Shown: positions 55,095-64,000 of the stretch, piece after piece
How the letters are laid out: each line of letters begins with the position of its first letter
How positions within the stretch are numbered: the stretch's first letter is position 1
From: a virus
Strand: one strand, 5' to 3'
IMG/VR virus record: IMGVR_UViG_3300017646_000001
Coordinates: 32,001-96,000 of that record
DNA length: 64,000 bases
Notes under the pieces: model-generated
The model's database searches: none
The model's input: the letters and a program-made list of their open reading frames with translations, nothing else
What the model was told of the DNA's origin: nothing
Program-made: the position numbers and the translations under genes

Positions 55095-57491
55095 GTGCAG
55101 ATCGACTACGTCGTAGATCAAAGGAACGAAAAGATCGGGTTGGAGTCCAAGGTCATGGACTTGGACCACAGGAAAAAGGCGAAGCTCTTCGCCATCCTGT
55201 CGACCAACCTGTACAAGGACGCTAAGGCGGCAATCGTGCGGGAGTTGTGCTCCAACATGTACGACGCCAACGTCATGGCTGGCCAGCCCGATCGCCCGTT
55301 CCACATCACAATTCCTACCTACGACCGACCTGTCTTCATTGCTCGCGACTATGCCATTGGGCTGACTGCCGAGCACGCCGAAAGCACGCTGTTCTCCTAT
55401 CTGGGGTCGGACAAGGACTCCAGCGACGATTACATCGGCGGCTGGGGTTTGGGTGCGAAGAGCCCGATGGCTTACGCTACCGACTACACGGTTCACCTGT
55501 ACAAGGACGGCGTGCATTGGGAATACCTGTGCAGCAAGGGTGCGGACGGCATTCCGACGCACTCCATGTTTGCCGGCCCCGAACCGACTGAAGAGCCCAA
55601 CGGCGTCGAGTTTCAAATCCCCATTCGCACCGAAGACATTGGCGCGTGGCGTGCGACGATCTCGCAGTACTACGCCAACACCAACTATCCGCTGACCATC
55701 ACCAACCCCGAAATGCTGATGGAAGTGCGTCGTTCCAAGGAGCACTATAGCTTCCGCCACGATCAGTTCCACTACTCGGTAACCGACCACATGCCGGCAC
55801 AAATCCATGTGCGTTACGGCGGCGCGTTGTACCCTATCTCCGAGTTGGTTGGGCTTGAAGGAGATGCTTACAACTTCATGAGGCGTTGGGATAGCATGTC
55901 CCGATATTCGCTCATCCTGAACGTGGATGTGGGCCAAATCAAGTTCGTGCCCAGCCGCGACAGCATGGAGAGTACTCCCAAGACCCTCTCCTACGTGAGT
56001 CGCGCCTTGGAGAACCTCATCGAAATGATGCGGGACGGCTACCAAGAGTACGCCGAAAGCTGCATCCTGCCGATCGAGAATCTGCGTGAGCAACACCAGC
56101 AGGCCGGCACGCTTCCGCTGCTGCGCGACATCATCGAAGTGATGAACCAAATCGACCCTGACTACAAGTCGTCGTTTGGGTTCTTTGACTACATCAAGTA
56201 CCGTGACTTCGCCAACGCCTTCTTGGACCGTTCGCGCGACTCCAAGTATATTGCCACGGACTACATTACCTTCGCGATCGACCAGCCGGACCGCGAAGTT
56301 ACGATTTCGTACCCGGACGGCTCACAAAAGCCCCGTGTCGGTCCGTTGGGCCAATTCATCCAGCGATTGTCCACCAGCCGCTGCAAGTCCAAGACGGCGC
56401 AGTATAGATACACGGTGCACGCGTCCTCAACCAAGGAACACGCAGGCAACGTCTCGGCCTATGCCACTATCCAGGGCCAATTTCATTTCCTGTGGTCTCC
56501 TAATCCGATTTCGGCCGCGTCGGCGCGCTCCGACAGCGCTATTTCGACCACCACGTTCCACGCGGTGAGCCCGGATCAAGAGTCGGCCGTTGCTTTTTTC
56601 GTGCAAGCAGGTTTTCCGGAAGACGAAGTACGAAACGTTATCGAATCGGTCGAAAACTATGGCATCGAATTCGTTTCGCGTAAGCCGGCTAAGCGCCGCG
56701 CACCTGGTACTCGCACCGAAATTCCCCAAATCGTGCAGTGCGCTTGGTCGGGTACGCGTGAGAGGTACCACGACTACTATCTCTACGTTCACGTAACCGA
56801 AGAGGAACGTCGATCGGGCCAGTTTCGTCACCTGTCTTCGCACGAAGACCACGTGATCGGCGCAGCGCTGGCGGTAGCAGCCCGACGCGTGTATGCCGAC
56901 GTGCCGAAGGTGCGTCGCACCTACTCGGGTGGTGGATTTCAGGTACATTCTTTTGTGGCCTCTAAGCCGTTCTTGCGGCGCTCAGCCGACCTATCCAATG
57001 TCTTCCACTGGCGCGAGTATTTGGGACCGGATGATTCCATCCTGCTGCACTTGCATCATCGCGCCGTAGTGGCTGAGCAGTATGCCAAGATGTTCTCTGC
57101 TCTTAATAAAATCGACGGCATTGACCTGAACATCTATCGCGAAGAGGATCGCGCCGCTTCCTTCATTATTCTGCGGCAGTTGTTGCGCGTGTCCAACGCG
57201 CCTCAATGCATGTTCCGCGAGTTGAAGCGTGTGGAACGGATAATTAGCCAAGGCTATGAATTCGGCGTGGTGGGCGCAGATAACGTTTGGAATTTCCGGC
57301 GTATGGCGGCTCAGCGAGAAGACCTCTATCGGCCGTCTTGCCCCGGTTTGGAAGCAGCGGCCCAATATGTTAAGTGGCTGGTAGCAGAGAGCCCACTGGT
57401 GTCCGTTGTGAAGTGGGACACTTTTAGCAAGCTGAGTGAATCGGCTCAGAATCAAATCATCGACATACTTTCTCGGGAGCTCTCCAAGTGA
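55095..57491 (+). CDS. rIIA: RIIA-like protein (N-terminal GHKL ATPase)
   Basis: LY....A.VRELCSNMYDA, RDYAIGL, IGGWGLGAKSP, TEEPNGVE; GTG start after GGAGG; followed by an rIIB-like gene. Confidence 0.85.
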   Translation: MQIDYVVDQRNEKIGLESKVMDLDHRKKAKLFAILSTNLYKDAKAAIVRELCSNMYDANVMAGQPDRPFHITIPTYDRPVFIARDYAIGLTAEHAESTLFSYLGSDKDSSDDYIGGWGLGAKSPMAYATDYTVHLYKDGVHWEYLCSKGADGIPTHSMFAGPEPTEEPNGVEFQIPIRTEDIGAWRATISQYYANTNYPLTITNPEMLMEVRRSKEHYSFRHDQFHYSVTDHMPAQIHVRYGGALYPISELVGLEGDAYNFMRRWDSMSRYSLILNVDVGQIKFVPSRDSMESTPKTLSYVSRALENLIEMMRDGYQEYAESCILPIENLREQHQQAGTLPLLRDIIEVMNQIDPDYKSSFGFFDYIKYRDFANAFLDRSRDSKYIATDYITFAIDQPDREVTISYPDGSQKPRVGPLGQFIQRLSTSRCKSKTAQYRYTVHASSTKEHAGNVSAYATIQGQFHFLWSPNPISAASARSDSAISTTTFHAVSPDQESAVAFFVQAGFPEDEVRNVIESVENYGIEFVSRKPAKRRAPGTRTEIPQIVQCAWSGTRERYHDYYLYVHVTEEERRSGQFRHLSSHEDHVIGAALAVAARRVYADVPKVRRTYSGGGFQVHSFVASKPFLRRSADLSNVFHWREYLGPDDSILLHLHHRAVVAEQYAKMFSALNKIDGIDLNIYREEDRAASFIILRQLLRVSNAPQCMFRELKRVERIISQGYEFGVVGADNVWNFRRMAAQREDLYRPSCPGLEAAAQYVKWLVAESPLVSVVKWDTFSKLSESAQNQIIDILSRELSK

Positions 57492-58345
57492 GCCAGAACA
57501 AAATCAAGGCGTTGATCACGTCGACGCGCGTCAAGTTCGTCGCCTATAACCTCACCTACGAAGCGCGAAACGACCACCCGCGCTTCCAAGAAATCTGCGA
57601 TCACTTGCGTGCCAACAAGCCTCGCGCCGCCGTGACCGCATACCGCAATGGCAAGAAAGCCGAAGCCAAGATCGGGCTGCGCCGTGACCCCACCGGCTTG
57701 ATGTACAAGGAACTCAAGCTGCCGCCCATCTTCGCTGAAGTCTACAGCAACGTGATGGCAGACGGTGATCCGGACCGGCTCAAGGGCCTGGAGCTGTTCT
57801 TCGACAACATTCTGGCCAACCCGTCCACCCTGGTGAGCATGGATGCGTTTGCTCGGTTCTTGTCGCGCCGCAAGATGATCATCACCGATCGCGGCACGTT
57901 CTTGGCCTACAAACGGCTCAACTACCGATTCTACGATTGCCATTCGAACAAATTCAACAACACTCCCGGCATCGGCTTCATCGAGATGCCGCGTGAAGAC
58001 GTGGACCAAAACCAGCACGCCGAATGCTCACGCGGATTTCATCAGTGCTCGTACGAGTATGTGAAGTCCTTCCCGGGTGAACACCTGATCGTGACCGAGA
58101 TCAGCCCGCGTGACGTCGTGGCCGTACCGCCCGACTACAATTTCACCAAGATGCGCGTATGCCGCTACTTTCCGCTCTGCACGATCGGCGAGTTCAAAGA
58201 CCTCGTGCGCAACTATGAGCAGGACGTGCTTAGCACGCTGCCGTTCTTCCATACCCACCAGCTACAACGGCTTGGCGCAGTGCACGCGCGCTATCGGCGC
58301 GAAAACCTGAAACCCGAGTCGATTGGTATGTATTATCCGTCGTAA
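57488..58345 (+). CDS. rIIB: RIIB-like protein
   Basis: F..N..ANPS, ITD.G.FLAYK, MPRE.VD.N....CSRG.H, PRDVV.VP.DY...KMRVC. Confidence 0.88.
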   Translation: MSQNKIKALITSTRVKFVAYNLTYEARNDHPRFQEICDHLRANKPRAAVTAYRNGKKAEAKIGLRRDPTGLMYKELKLPPIFAEVYSNVMADGDPDRLKGLELFFDNILANPSTLVSMDAFARFLSRRKMIITDRGTFLAYKRLNYRFYDCHSNKFNNTPGIGFIEMPREDVDQNQHAECSRGFHQCSYEYVKSFPGEHLIVTEISPRDVVAVPPDYNFTKMRVCRYFPLCTIGEFKDLVRNYEQDVLSTLPFFHTHQLQRLGAVHARYRRENLKPESIGMYYPS

Positions 58346-58389
58346 CGCTGATTTCTCACATCGTTATAGGGAAACTGTAGGAGATTTAC

Positions 58390-58707
58390 ATGCCCCAAGA
58401 CGCTCAACCGGAACTGACCGACTACCAGCAGCGTTCGCTCGACCTCTGGAAGTCGGCCCCGTTCCAAGCCTATCTCAAGTCGTATCACCGCGCTGAATCG
58501 GCCGCTCACTCGCGGCTGGAGTCCAAGGGATTTCAGCCCGACGCGGCCGAGCAGTACATGCGCCAGTCCTCCGACAGCGAGATCTGCGCCTTCTGGAACG
58601 ACATCTATTTCGCTCTGCCCGACAACGCAGGCATTCGCCAACCCCCGTTCTTCCGCCTGTGCGACCTCGCCGAAGGCACGGAAGACGACGACACGGAAGA
58701 AGCATGA
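58390..58707 (+). CDS. Hypothetical protein
   Basis: 105 aa with an AGGAG RBS. Confidence 0.65.
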   Translation: MPQDAQPELTDYQQRSLDLWKSAPFQAYLKSYHRAESAAHSRLESKGFQPDAAEQYMRQSSDSEICAFWNDIYFALPDNAGIRQPPFFRLCDLAEGTEDDDTEEA

Positions 58708-59027
58708 CTACCCCCACCGACGATCACAACGGCATCCAGGACGAACTGCAGAGCGCGTCCGTGGGTCGGCGCGCCGACCCTGAACGTGAAACTCAACCGC
58801 GTCCCAGGTTGGTGCGACAAGACCTGTCCTCCCGATTCGTAGAGATTAGCCTAACCGACAGCAACGCAGTTGGTTTGACCGATCTGTTCATGACGGTGCG
58901 TACCGACGAGTTGAACGGCAACGGCGAACGCATTGAGCGCACTCGCTCCTTGACCGGCCTGACCGTAGAAGATTTGCGCCAGCTGCATGGACACATCGAA
59001 CTGCGCTTGATGCAGTTCGGTGGCTAG
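58704..59027 (+). CDS. Hypothetical protein
   Basis: ATGA-coupled ORF. Confidence 0.55.
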   Translation: MTTPTDDHNGIQDELQSASVGRRADPERETQPRPRLVRQDLSSRFVEISLTDSNAVGLTDLFMTVRTDELNGNGERIERTRSLTGLTVEDLRQLHGHIELRLMQFGG

Positions 59028-59109
59028 CGCGTTTCACATTTCCCCGTCCGACTTTTCGTAAGCGGGGCTCCGCTCCGCTACACTCCCCTCCCGCGTTACC
59101 GAGTTGTAC

Positions 59110-59442
59110 ATGAACGCAGTAGATATCGCAAGACGACTGAATCTCGTTCGGCACGACCCGTCCGCTTGGAAAGCAGAATACGCTGCGCTGTTCTCACAGC
59201 ACTTCCAACAGACGACGGCCGAGGCGCTACGGATGGCTGATCTCGATCTTAATCCTGCTCAATACCTGGATCAACAGGCTCTAGTGTGGCAGGAAGTGCA
59301 ACAACTGATTGGGTCGGTTCCCGGCAGCCCCAACATGGATCTGTTCGATTCTTGGGTAGTCTACTGGCGAAAGCACATGGCCCCGGCATACGCCCTCTGG
59401 GCTGCTGAAACCAAGGTACCACGCGTACTTTCGGCCAGCTAG
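59110..59442 (+). CDS. Hypothetical protein
   Basis: 110-aa ORF. Confidence 0.55.
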   Translation: MNAVDIARRLNLVRHDPSAWKAEYAALFSQHFQQTTAEALRMADLDLNPAQYLDQQALVWQEVQQLIGSVPGSPNMDLFDSWVVYWRKHMAPAYALWAAETKVPRVLSAS

Positions 59443-59467
59443 CCCTACCTACCCAGAGGCTATCCCC

Positions 59468-60001
59468 ATGCTTACTTGTTCCGCTATCCGCCGCCTTGTC
59501 GCCACTGCTGGCAGCTTCCAACAATCCCAAACTGTCATTCGTTCAGCCATTAGTGGTGAAGACGCCCTGGCCATTTTGGCTACTCTACACCCTTCCACTC
59601 CAGTCTCGATATGCCGGTCGCTGGCCGAAGCGGTCATGCGAGACTCTAACACAGCATGGTTCTGGCGACAGCAGTGCGAACTGGCAGAAACCGCTTTGCG
59701 TCTTACGCACGACAGCGTGTGGTTGAGCGATGACGCTATGCGTGTTCGGTTGGAAGAATTCGCCATCCACCTACATCTGCGTCGGCATCTGAATCTGTCG
59801 ACCGAAGAAGAAAGCTTGTTCGCTATCGCTTTCGGATTTATGACTCGCGAACAAGCTGCAACTGACTTTGGCCGGTCTGACGTCATGTGCCTCGTTGGAC
59901 GCCTTTTACTGGCTATGGAACGCGCCGTTTCGATGAGCGTGGCTCAGCAAGGCCAGGATGAAAACCAACTTCAACTGTTGCGCACCGGTACACACGACTA
60001 A
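59468..60001 (+). CDS. Hypothetical protein
   Basis: 177-aa ORF with a GAGG RBS. Confidence 0.55.
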   Translation: MLTCSAIRRLVATAGSFQQSQTVIRSAISGEDALAILATLHPSTPVSICRSLAEAVMRDSNTAWFWRQQCELAETALRLTHDSVWLSDDAMRVRLEEFAIHLHLRRHLNLSTEEESLFAIAFGFMTREQAATDFGRSDVMCLVGRLLLAMERAVSMSVAQQGQDENQLQLLRTGTHD

Positions 60002-60025
60002 TCTCTTTTCGCTATAAGGTCCATC

Positions 60026-60274
60026 ATGCTCAAGAACGTCATCACAGTCGTCGCCCTCTTTGTAGCGCAGCTGCAGTTCGCGTTGCTGTTGCTGTGGCAC
60101 ATCGATTTGCAGCCCATCGGTTCGTGGCCGTGGTGGAAGGTGTGGTACCCGGTGTTGTATCCCGCTGCGCTCTTCGCGCTCGTTCTGGCTGTCATTTGGG
60201 CGCTGTACCTATTGGCCATGGTTATCAAGACAGCATGGCGTCGTCCCAACAAGCAGGAGAAAGCCAGTGAGTAA
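60026..60274 (+). CDS. Small two-TM membrane protein
   Basis: Hydrophobic segments and WPWWKVWYP. Confidence 0.65.
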   Translation: MLKNVITVVALFVAQLQFALLLLWHIDLQPIGSWPWWKVWYPVLYPAALFALVLAVIWALYLLAMVIKTAWRRPNKQEKASE

Positions 60275-60476
60275 GAAAGAAGCGGCACTACCCGAAGATC
60301 TGCAACGAACGTTGGAAGAGATTCGCGAACTGGGTAACAGCCAGTTGGGTCCCCTGATCGACCGTCTAGCCTCTGACCCGCGCGTTGACAAGGTGCACTT
60401 GAACGAAGCTCGCAAGTCCCTGAAGCTGGGTATCATGTACGCTCGTCGTTCCATCGAGAAGCCAACCGACTTTTAG
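60267..60476 (+). CDS. Acb2/Tad1-family-like helical hairpin protein (putative immune-signal sponge)
   Basis: EEIRELG..LG.LI..L..DP.VD...L..A...L..G.M...RSI.KPTDF matches the Acb2 pattern, which ends RAIAQPxxF. Confidence 0.55.
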   Translation: MSKKEAALPEDLQRTLEEIRELGNSQLGPLIDRLASDPRVDKVHLNEARKSLKLGIMYARRSIEKPTDF

Positions 60477-60486
60477 CCGTTATACG

Positions 60487-60879
60487 GTGTACCCTCTCTT
60501 ACTTGCGGCCCGGGGAGACTCGGGCCGTATACTATTCATCATGGCAGAACACGCTCAGTACGCTGTATGGGATTCCATCGTGGACGAAATTCGTCGCGCT
60601 GAAATGCGCGACCGGGCGATCAGTCCGTTGGACTACGAGGATTGCGAAGACAGCCTCATTCCTCCTAATCAAGCTTTGGGATTAGAAGAAATACACGACC
60701 TGGACAGCCTGAAAAAGGAAACCAGCTTGGCCCTCTTGCCTTTGGACACAGGGCGGCACACGGCTTTTAAACCGCCTCGAACCTCTATTCTTCCTCTGTC
60801 CACGTCGCCTTCCATGCAAGACTCCGTGGACGACATTTGGAACGCCGTGCGCACTAGCACCAAACTGAAGAAACCATGA
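60487..60879 (+). CDS. Hypothetical protein
   Basis: ORF ATGA-coupled to the next gene; start uncertain. Confidence 0.5.
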   Translation: MYPLLLAARGDSGRILFIMAEHAQYAVWDSIVDEIRRAEMRDRAISPLDYEDCEDSLIPPNQALGLEEIHDLDSLKKETSLALLPLDTGRHTAFKPPRTSILPLSTSPSMQDSVDDIWNAVRTSTKLKKP

Positions 60880-61421
60880 AAATTTCTTTTCACATCAAAA
60901 TCAGCAATTCCGCCTTGGCGCGCGTAACGTTCTCCAACACCGCTGCTTGGAAGAGAGCCCTATCCGATGCGCTGCTCGTCAAATTTCCGCGTGAAGCCGC
61001 TCCGTGGGAGCTTACGGTGGAATACCAAGAAGATCGCCACCAGCTGGCAGGTTGGATCGATCGCGTTACGGTGTCTCAGGGCTTGGCTATCCGCGATTAC
61101 TGCGAGTCGGGTGCATGGCTAGAAGACGCACTACTGCTGTACTTCCGCCAAAATCCTACCGTCACCGCTTACTACACGGTGGAAGAAATTCAGGACGCCA
61201 TGCACGTCGCTACTGGATGCCGCTACAACTTTCGTGCCCGCATGGTCAGTCCCAACTTGTGCAGGGTTTCATCGCCCGACGCGCCTCGTAGCAGTCTAGA
61301 GGCTGGGGTGCGGGCCCTGTGCGAAAGCGGCCGATTACCCGCTACTCTGCGCCTGGAAGCTGACGCCGCCTCTTCCCTCAATCCTCTGGACCTCAAGCCC
61401 TATGACCCCAATCAAAGTTAA
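60876..61421 (+). CDS. Hypothetical protein
   Basis: 181-aa ORF. Confidence 0.55.
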   Translation: MKISFHIKISNSALARVTFSNTAAWKRALSDALLVKFPREAAPWELTVEYQEDRHQLAGWIDRVTVSQGLAIRDYCESGAWLEDALLLYFRQNPTVTAYYTVEEIQDAMHVATGCRYNFRARMVSPNLCRVSSPDAPRSSLEAGVRALCESGRLPATLRLEADAASSLNPLDLKPYDPNQS

Positions 61422-61878
61422 AGAATCCCAGCTTCAAGAGTGTTGGGCGGCGTACGTGGCTCACACGCTCTTCCACATTGAAGATTGGGGTGACGTTCTA
61501 TTACACCGGCTTCCTGCTCCGTTTGGTGGTCGTGCCACCCTGCAACACGTTGTGTTGACCCCGTCGGGCGAGATCGACCATCAGTTCACCGATCAAACGT
61601 ATTGGTACCTGGGCACGTGCCCGCATACCACGATATCCGTGCACCAAGCGTCCGGCATCTCCCGCGCCGTGTCTACTGAGAGCCTACTCCGTGGGTATGC
61701 CCATACTGATTACACAGACTCGATAGAAGGTCTGCGTGTTCTCCACCCCCAACACGGTACGGGTGTAATTTCCCTTTCGGGTCGCGGCCAACTCGATCCC
61801 TGGTTGGTTATTCCCCCCGTTACCGAGTTTCTTCGCCGCGCTCAGTTCATTCGTTCCCTCGTTCTCTCCCATAGGTAA
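61402..61878 (+). CDS. Hypothetical protein
   Basis: 158-aa ORF. Confidence 0.55.
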   Translation: MTPIKVKESQLQECWAAYVAHTLFHIEDWGDVLLHRLPAPFGGRATLQHVVLTPSGEIDHQFTDQTYWYLGTCPHTTISVHQASGISRAVSTESLLRGYAHTDYTDSIEGLRVLHPQHGTGVISLSGRGQLDPWLVIPPVTEFLRRAQFIRSLVLSHR

Positions 61879-61884
61879 GCGGTC

Positions 61885-62220
61885 ATGCGTGCTCTACTGT
61901 TGATTCTGTTTCCCGTTTTGGCTTCCGCTTCTACTCTTCCAGACCCTCAACGCGCCGTAGAGTGTGCCAACTCGGCTCAAACCTATCAACAGATCGCTGA
62001 AATGCGCGACCAGGGTCTCTCCGAGTATCAGACTTGGGAGTACTACCGAGAGTCCATTAAGGACGCCGTAAACCGCCGCGCTTATCCCGCTCCTGTGGCT
62101 TACTATTACGCTGATTCTATTCAGCGCGCGATCTCTCTCGTGTATTCGCCGCCTTACTACCCGCTCTCGCCTTCTGCCGTCTCCGCTACCGTTCTACAGT
62201 CTTGCCTCAATCCCGATTGA
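61885..62220 (+). CDS. Secreted/periplasmic protein
   Basis: Signal peptide MRALLLILFPVLASA; two Cys near the termini. Confidence 0.65.
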   Translation: MRALLLILFPVLASASTLPDPQRAVECANSAQTYQQIAEMRDQGLSEYQTWEYYRESIKDAVNRRAYPAPVAYYYADSIQRAISLVYSPPYYPLSPSAVSATVLQSCLNPD

Positions 62221-62657
62221 ACCCTATATTTCCTTACAGGGTTCTTGAACCATCTGACTCCTTGTCTTCACAATATGGTTCATACGTTTCATATGTTTCA
62301 TGAAACCAATCTTTCTCTTGCCTTTTCTTTCAAGGGCTTTCGGTAGGTAAGACATTCTTTCCCTACCGTTAATATTAGCCTGCTACGTAGTGGGGCCTTC
62401 TCGGGGAGTGGCCAAGAACGCGAACCGAATCCCACACGGAGCCCTCGTCAGAGAGAAATCTTTGAAGAGGAAAAGGGAGGTTGATCCACTTTAAGGATCG
62501 TGGGAGTTGCAAGCCAAGGGTTCTGCAAAGGTGAGTGGTTTTGATGCGACTCATTCTTTGGGTTTCAGGGACCCACCGTTCGGGGCGCTTCAGTTAATCT
62601 GGGGCCGCCCCGAACACCTATTTGGTTCAATCGTTTCCTTATACGCACAAACAATTA

Positions 62658-63122
62658 ATGGAAGCGACCCAAATGAGCCTCGCCCTAGCGATGATCCAAG
62701 CCAACGTACCGCTGCATCGTTGGAAGACTTTCGAAGCCGAACGACGTATGACCGATCGCTCCAGCAGCGTGGAGATCGGTGGCTGGGGACGCACCAAGGA
62801 TTGGAGCAAAGTAGCACGCGCTCTCCTTAACTCGTGTAGCCACCCCGACGCCGTTGACCTCATCGCTCGGGAGTTCAACCAGTTCCCCGAATTGCTGCGC
62901 ATCAACTTTCGTACTTTGGCGATTGAGGCCCACTCGGCATCGGGTAACGTGCGCAAAGGCATCGCTCGCCTCAACGATCGTTTGGGCGGCGCAATCCTGC
63001 GCGACAAGGACGTCCAAACCTTCAACCAGCGCGTTGAAGGCGTTGACGGTGCTCGGTACAAGAAAGTACGGGTAGACCCCGCTGTCGCTGGAGCCATGCG
63101 CAAGTATGGTATCATCAAATGA
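62658..63122 (+). CDS. Hypothetical protein
   Basis: ORF downstream of a hairpin-rich intergenic region. Confidence 0.6.
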   Translation: MEATQMSLALAMIQANVPLHRWKTFEAERRMTDRSSSVEIGGWGRTKDWSKVARALLNSCSHPDAVDLIAREFNQFPELLRINFRTLAIEAHSASGNVRKGIARLNDRLGGAILRDKDVQTFNQRVEGVDGARYKKVRVDPAVAGAMRKYGIIK

Positions 63123-63262
63123 GCCGGGTAGACGAACACGGGATTTCTGGCAAATCCCTCGACCCAGGCGCGCGCCTGGGTGAGCTCCAGGTGGCTGAGG
63201 ATAAGACCCGTGCCGGTCGCTCCACCCTTTTCGTCAATGACCCCAAGGAAGCTCCGCTGTGA
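63119..63262 (+). CDS. 47-aa microprotein (below the ORF-track cutoff)
   Basis: MSRVDEHG...KEAPL*; ATGA overlap upstream and GTGA overlap downstream. Confidence 0.55.
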   Translation: MSRVDEHGISGKSLDPGARLGELQVAEDKTRAGRSTLFVNDPKEAPL

Positions 63263-63456
63263 CCTTGTTCTACCAGATTGTTCTCACCCTGCAGCTCGTC
63301 CTCTGCATTTTCTCCATGCTGTTCAGCATATTTTTGTCCACGGCCAGCTCCTGGAAGGAAGCGGTCTTCGACTTTCTGCTCATCCTGGCGGTCTGCAGCC
63401 TCGTGCTGTGGCTAGTAGTAGCTATGCCGCTCAAGTGGATTTGGGGCTGGGCGTGA
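63259..63456 (+). CDS. Small two-TM membrane protein
   Basis: Two hydrophobic helices; coupled overlaps on both sides. Confidence 0.6.
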   Translation: MTLFYQIVLTLQLVLCIFSMLFSIFLSTASSWKEAVFDFLLILAVCSLVLWLVVAMPLKWIWGWA

Positions 63457-63812
63457 ACACCACCCACTATCGCGCTGGCACCATTCGTTGGACACGGGAC
63501 AACGGCGACGTGGAGATTGCCTCTCCCCACGACGCCCACTACTCCACAATAACCATGCTCGCGCAGGACTATTGGAGCGACCGTGAAGGCGGCTGGATGC
63601 CCATCTGCCCCAAAGACTGGGTAGGCCGAGAGTTATTGGTTCCCGAAGAGCTGCTCCGTCAAAACGCCACCATCCTGTCACCCTTTGCGCCAGTTACGGT
63701 GGAGGGCCAGCAGTGGGAGTTCGTCTTGGTGCACTGCAAGATTTCCTGCGTTAAAGTAGATCGGCGCGGCCACTACCTTCAGATGCGCCCCGTGTTCAAG
63801 GAAGCAGCATGA
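63453..63812 (+). CDS. Hypothetical protein
   Basis: GTG start overlapping the previous stop. Confidence 0.55.
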   Translation: MNTTHYRAGTIRWTRDNGDVEIASPHDAHYSTITMLAQDYWSDREGGWMPICPKDWVGRELLVPEELLRQNATILSPFAPVTVEGQQWEFVLVHCKISCVKVDRRGHYLQMRPVFKEAA

Positions 63813-64000
63813 CAGTAGAGTTTTGTGGCGGCATACCAATTTGTCGGGTGAATCAGATCACACGCCGCGAGCCGGAATTTTATATATCCTACAATCCATC
63901 GCAGCGTGACTACGGCACGGATACGACGGCAATGCATATCAATGAAACTGGCCAGTTTCTCACTCTTGCGGGTAACCACACAGACCAGTATAACGGCTTG
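63809..64000 (+). CDS. Hypothetical protein, 3'-truncated
   Basis: ATGA-coupled; reads MTVEF...FYISYN...YGTDTTA and is open to the window end. Confidence 0.6.
   Translation, partial: MTVEFCGGIPICRVNQITRREPEFYISYNPSQRDYGTDTTAMHINETGQFLTLAGNHTDQYNGL

Noticed and set aside
62340-62620. tmRNA, tRNA or RNase P RNA
   Set aside because: No T-loop GTTCRA/CCA end, tmRNA termini or GAGGAAAGTCC consensus could be found; kept only as an unknown structured region.
1-64000. CRISPR array, reverse transcriptase/DGR/retron, integrase or transposase
   Set aside because: No regularly spaced DNA repeats and no RT, recombinase or transposase motifs were seen; the RNase H is a stand-alone type HI.
1-64000. Restriction-site avoidance as support for Z-DNA
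   Set aside because: GATC, GAATTC and GC-only palindromes all appear common by eye; the question cannot be judged without counting.

Overview
This is a 64-kb segment of a large lytic dsDNA tailed phage that infects a Gram-negative host (it has two-component spanins and sigma70-type promoters). In order it carries: the end of a virion/tail region and the spanins; a leftward block of small genes; and a replication/recombination module (primase, RNase H, SF1 and SF2 helicases, fused Mre11-Rad50, SSB, dCMP deaminase, RecA/UvsX, family A DNA polymerase, ATP-dependent ligase, Holliday junction resolvase, DnaB-like helicase). Next come sigma-like and Mor-like regulators, the terminase, and a purZ-mazZ-datZ-like cluster for 2-aminoadenine (Z) DNA with a divergent PurZ. 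About 9.5 kb of acidic, modular proteins follow; they are studded with hydrophobic-X-Glu motifs that fit T4 gp21-type cleavage, and include an ART-PolyVal ADP-ribosyltransferase and an AAA+ ATPase. These sit directly before a T4-like portal, protease-scaffold and major capsid module. The window ends with an HNH nuclease, rIIA/rIIB and many small accessory genes, one of them a divergent Acb2-like anti-CBASS sponge. I saw no tRNA, CRISPR array or integrase. All family assignments come from recognising motifs by eye, not from database searches.
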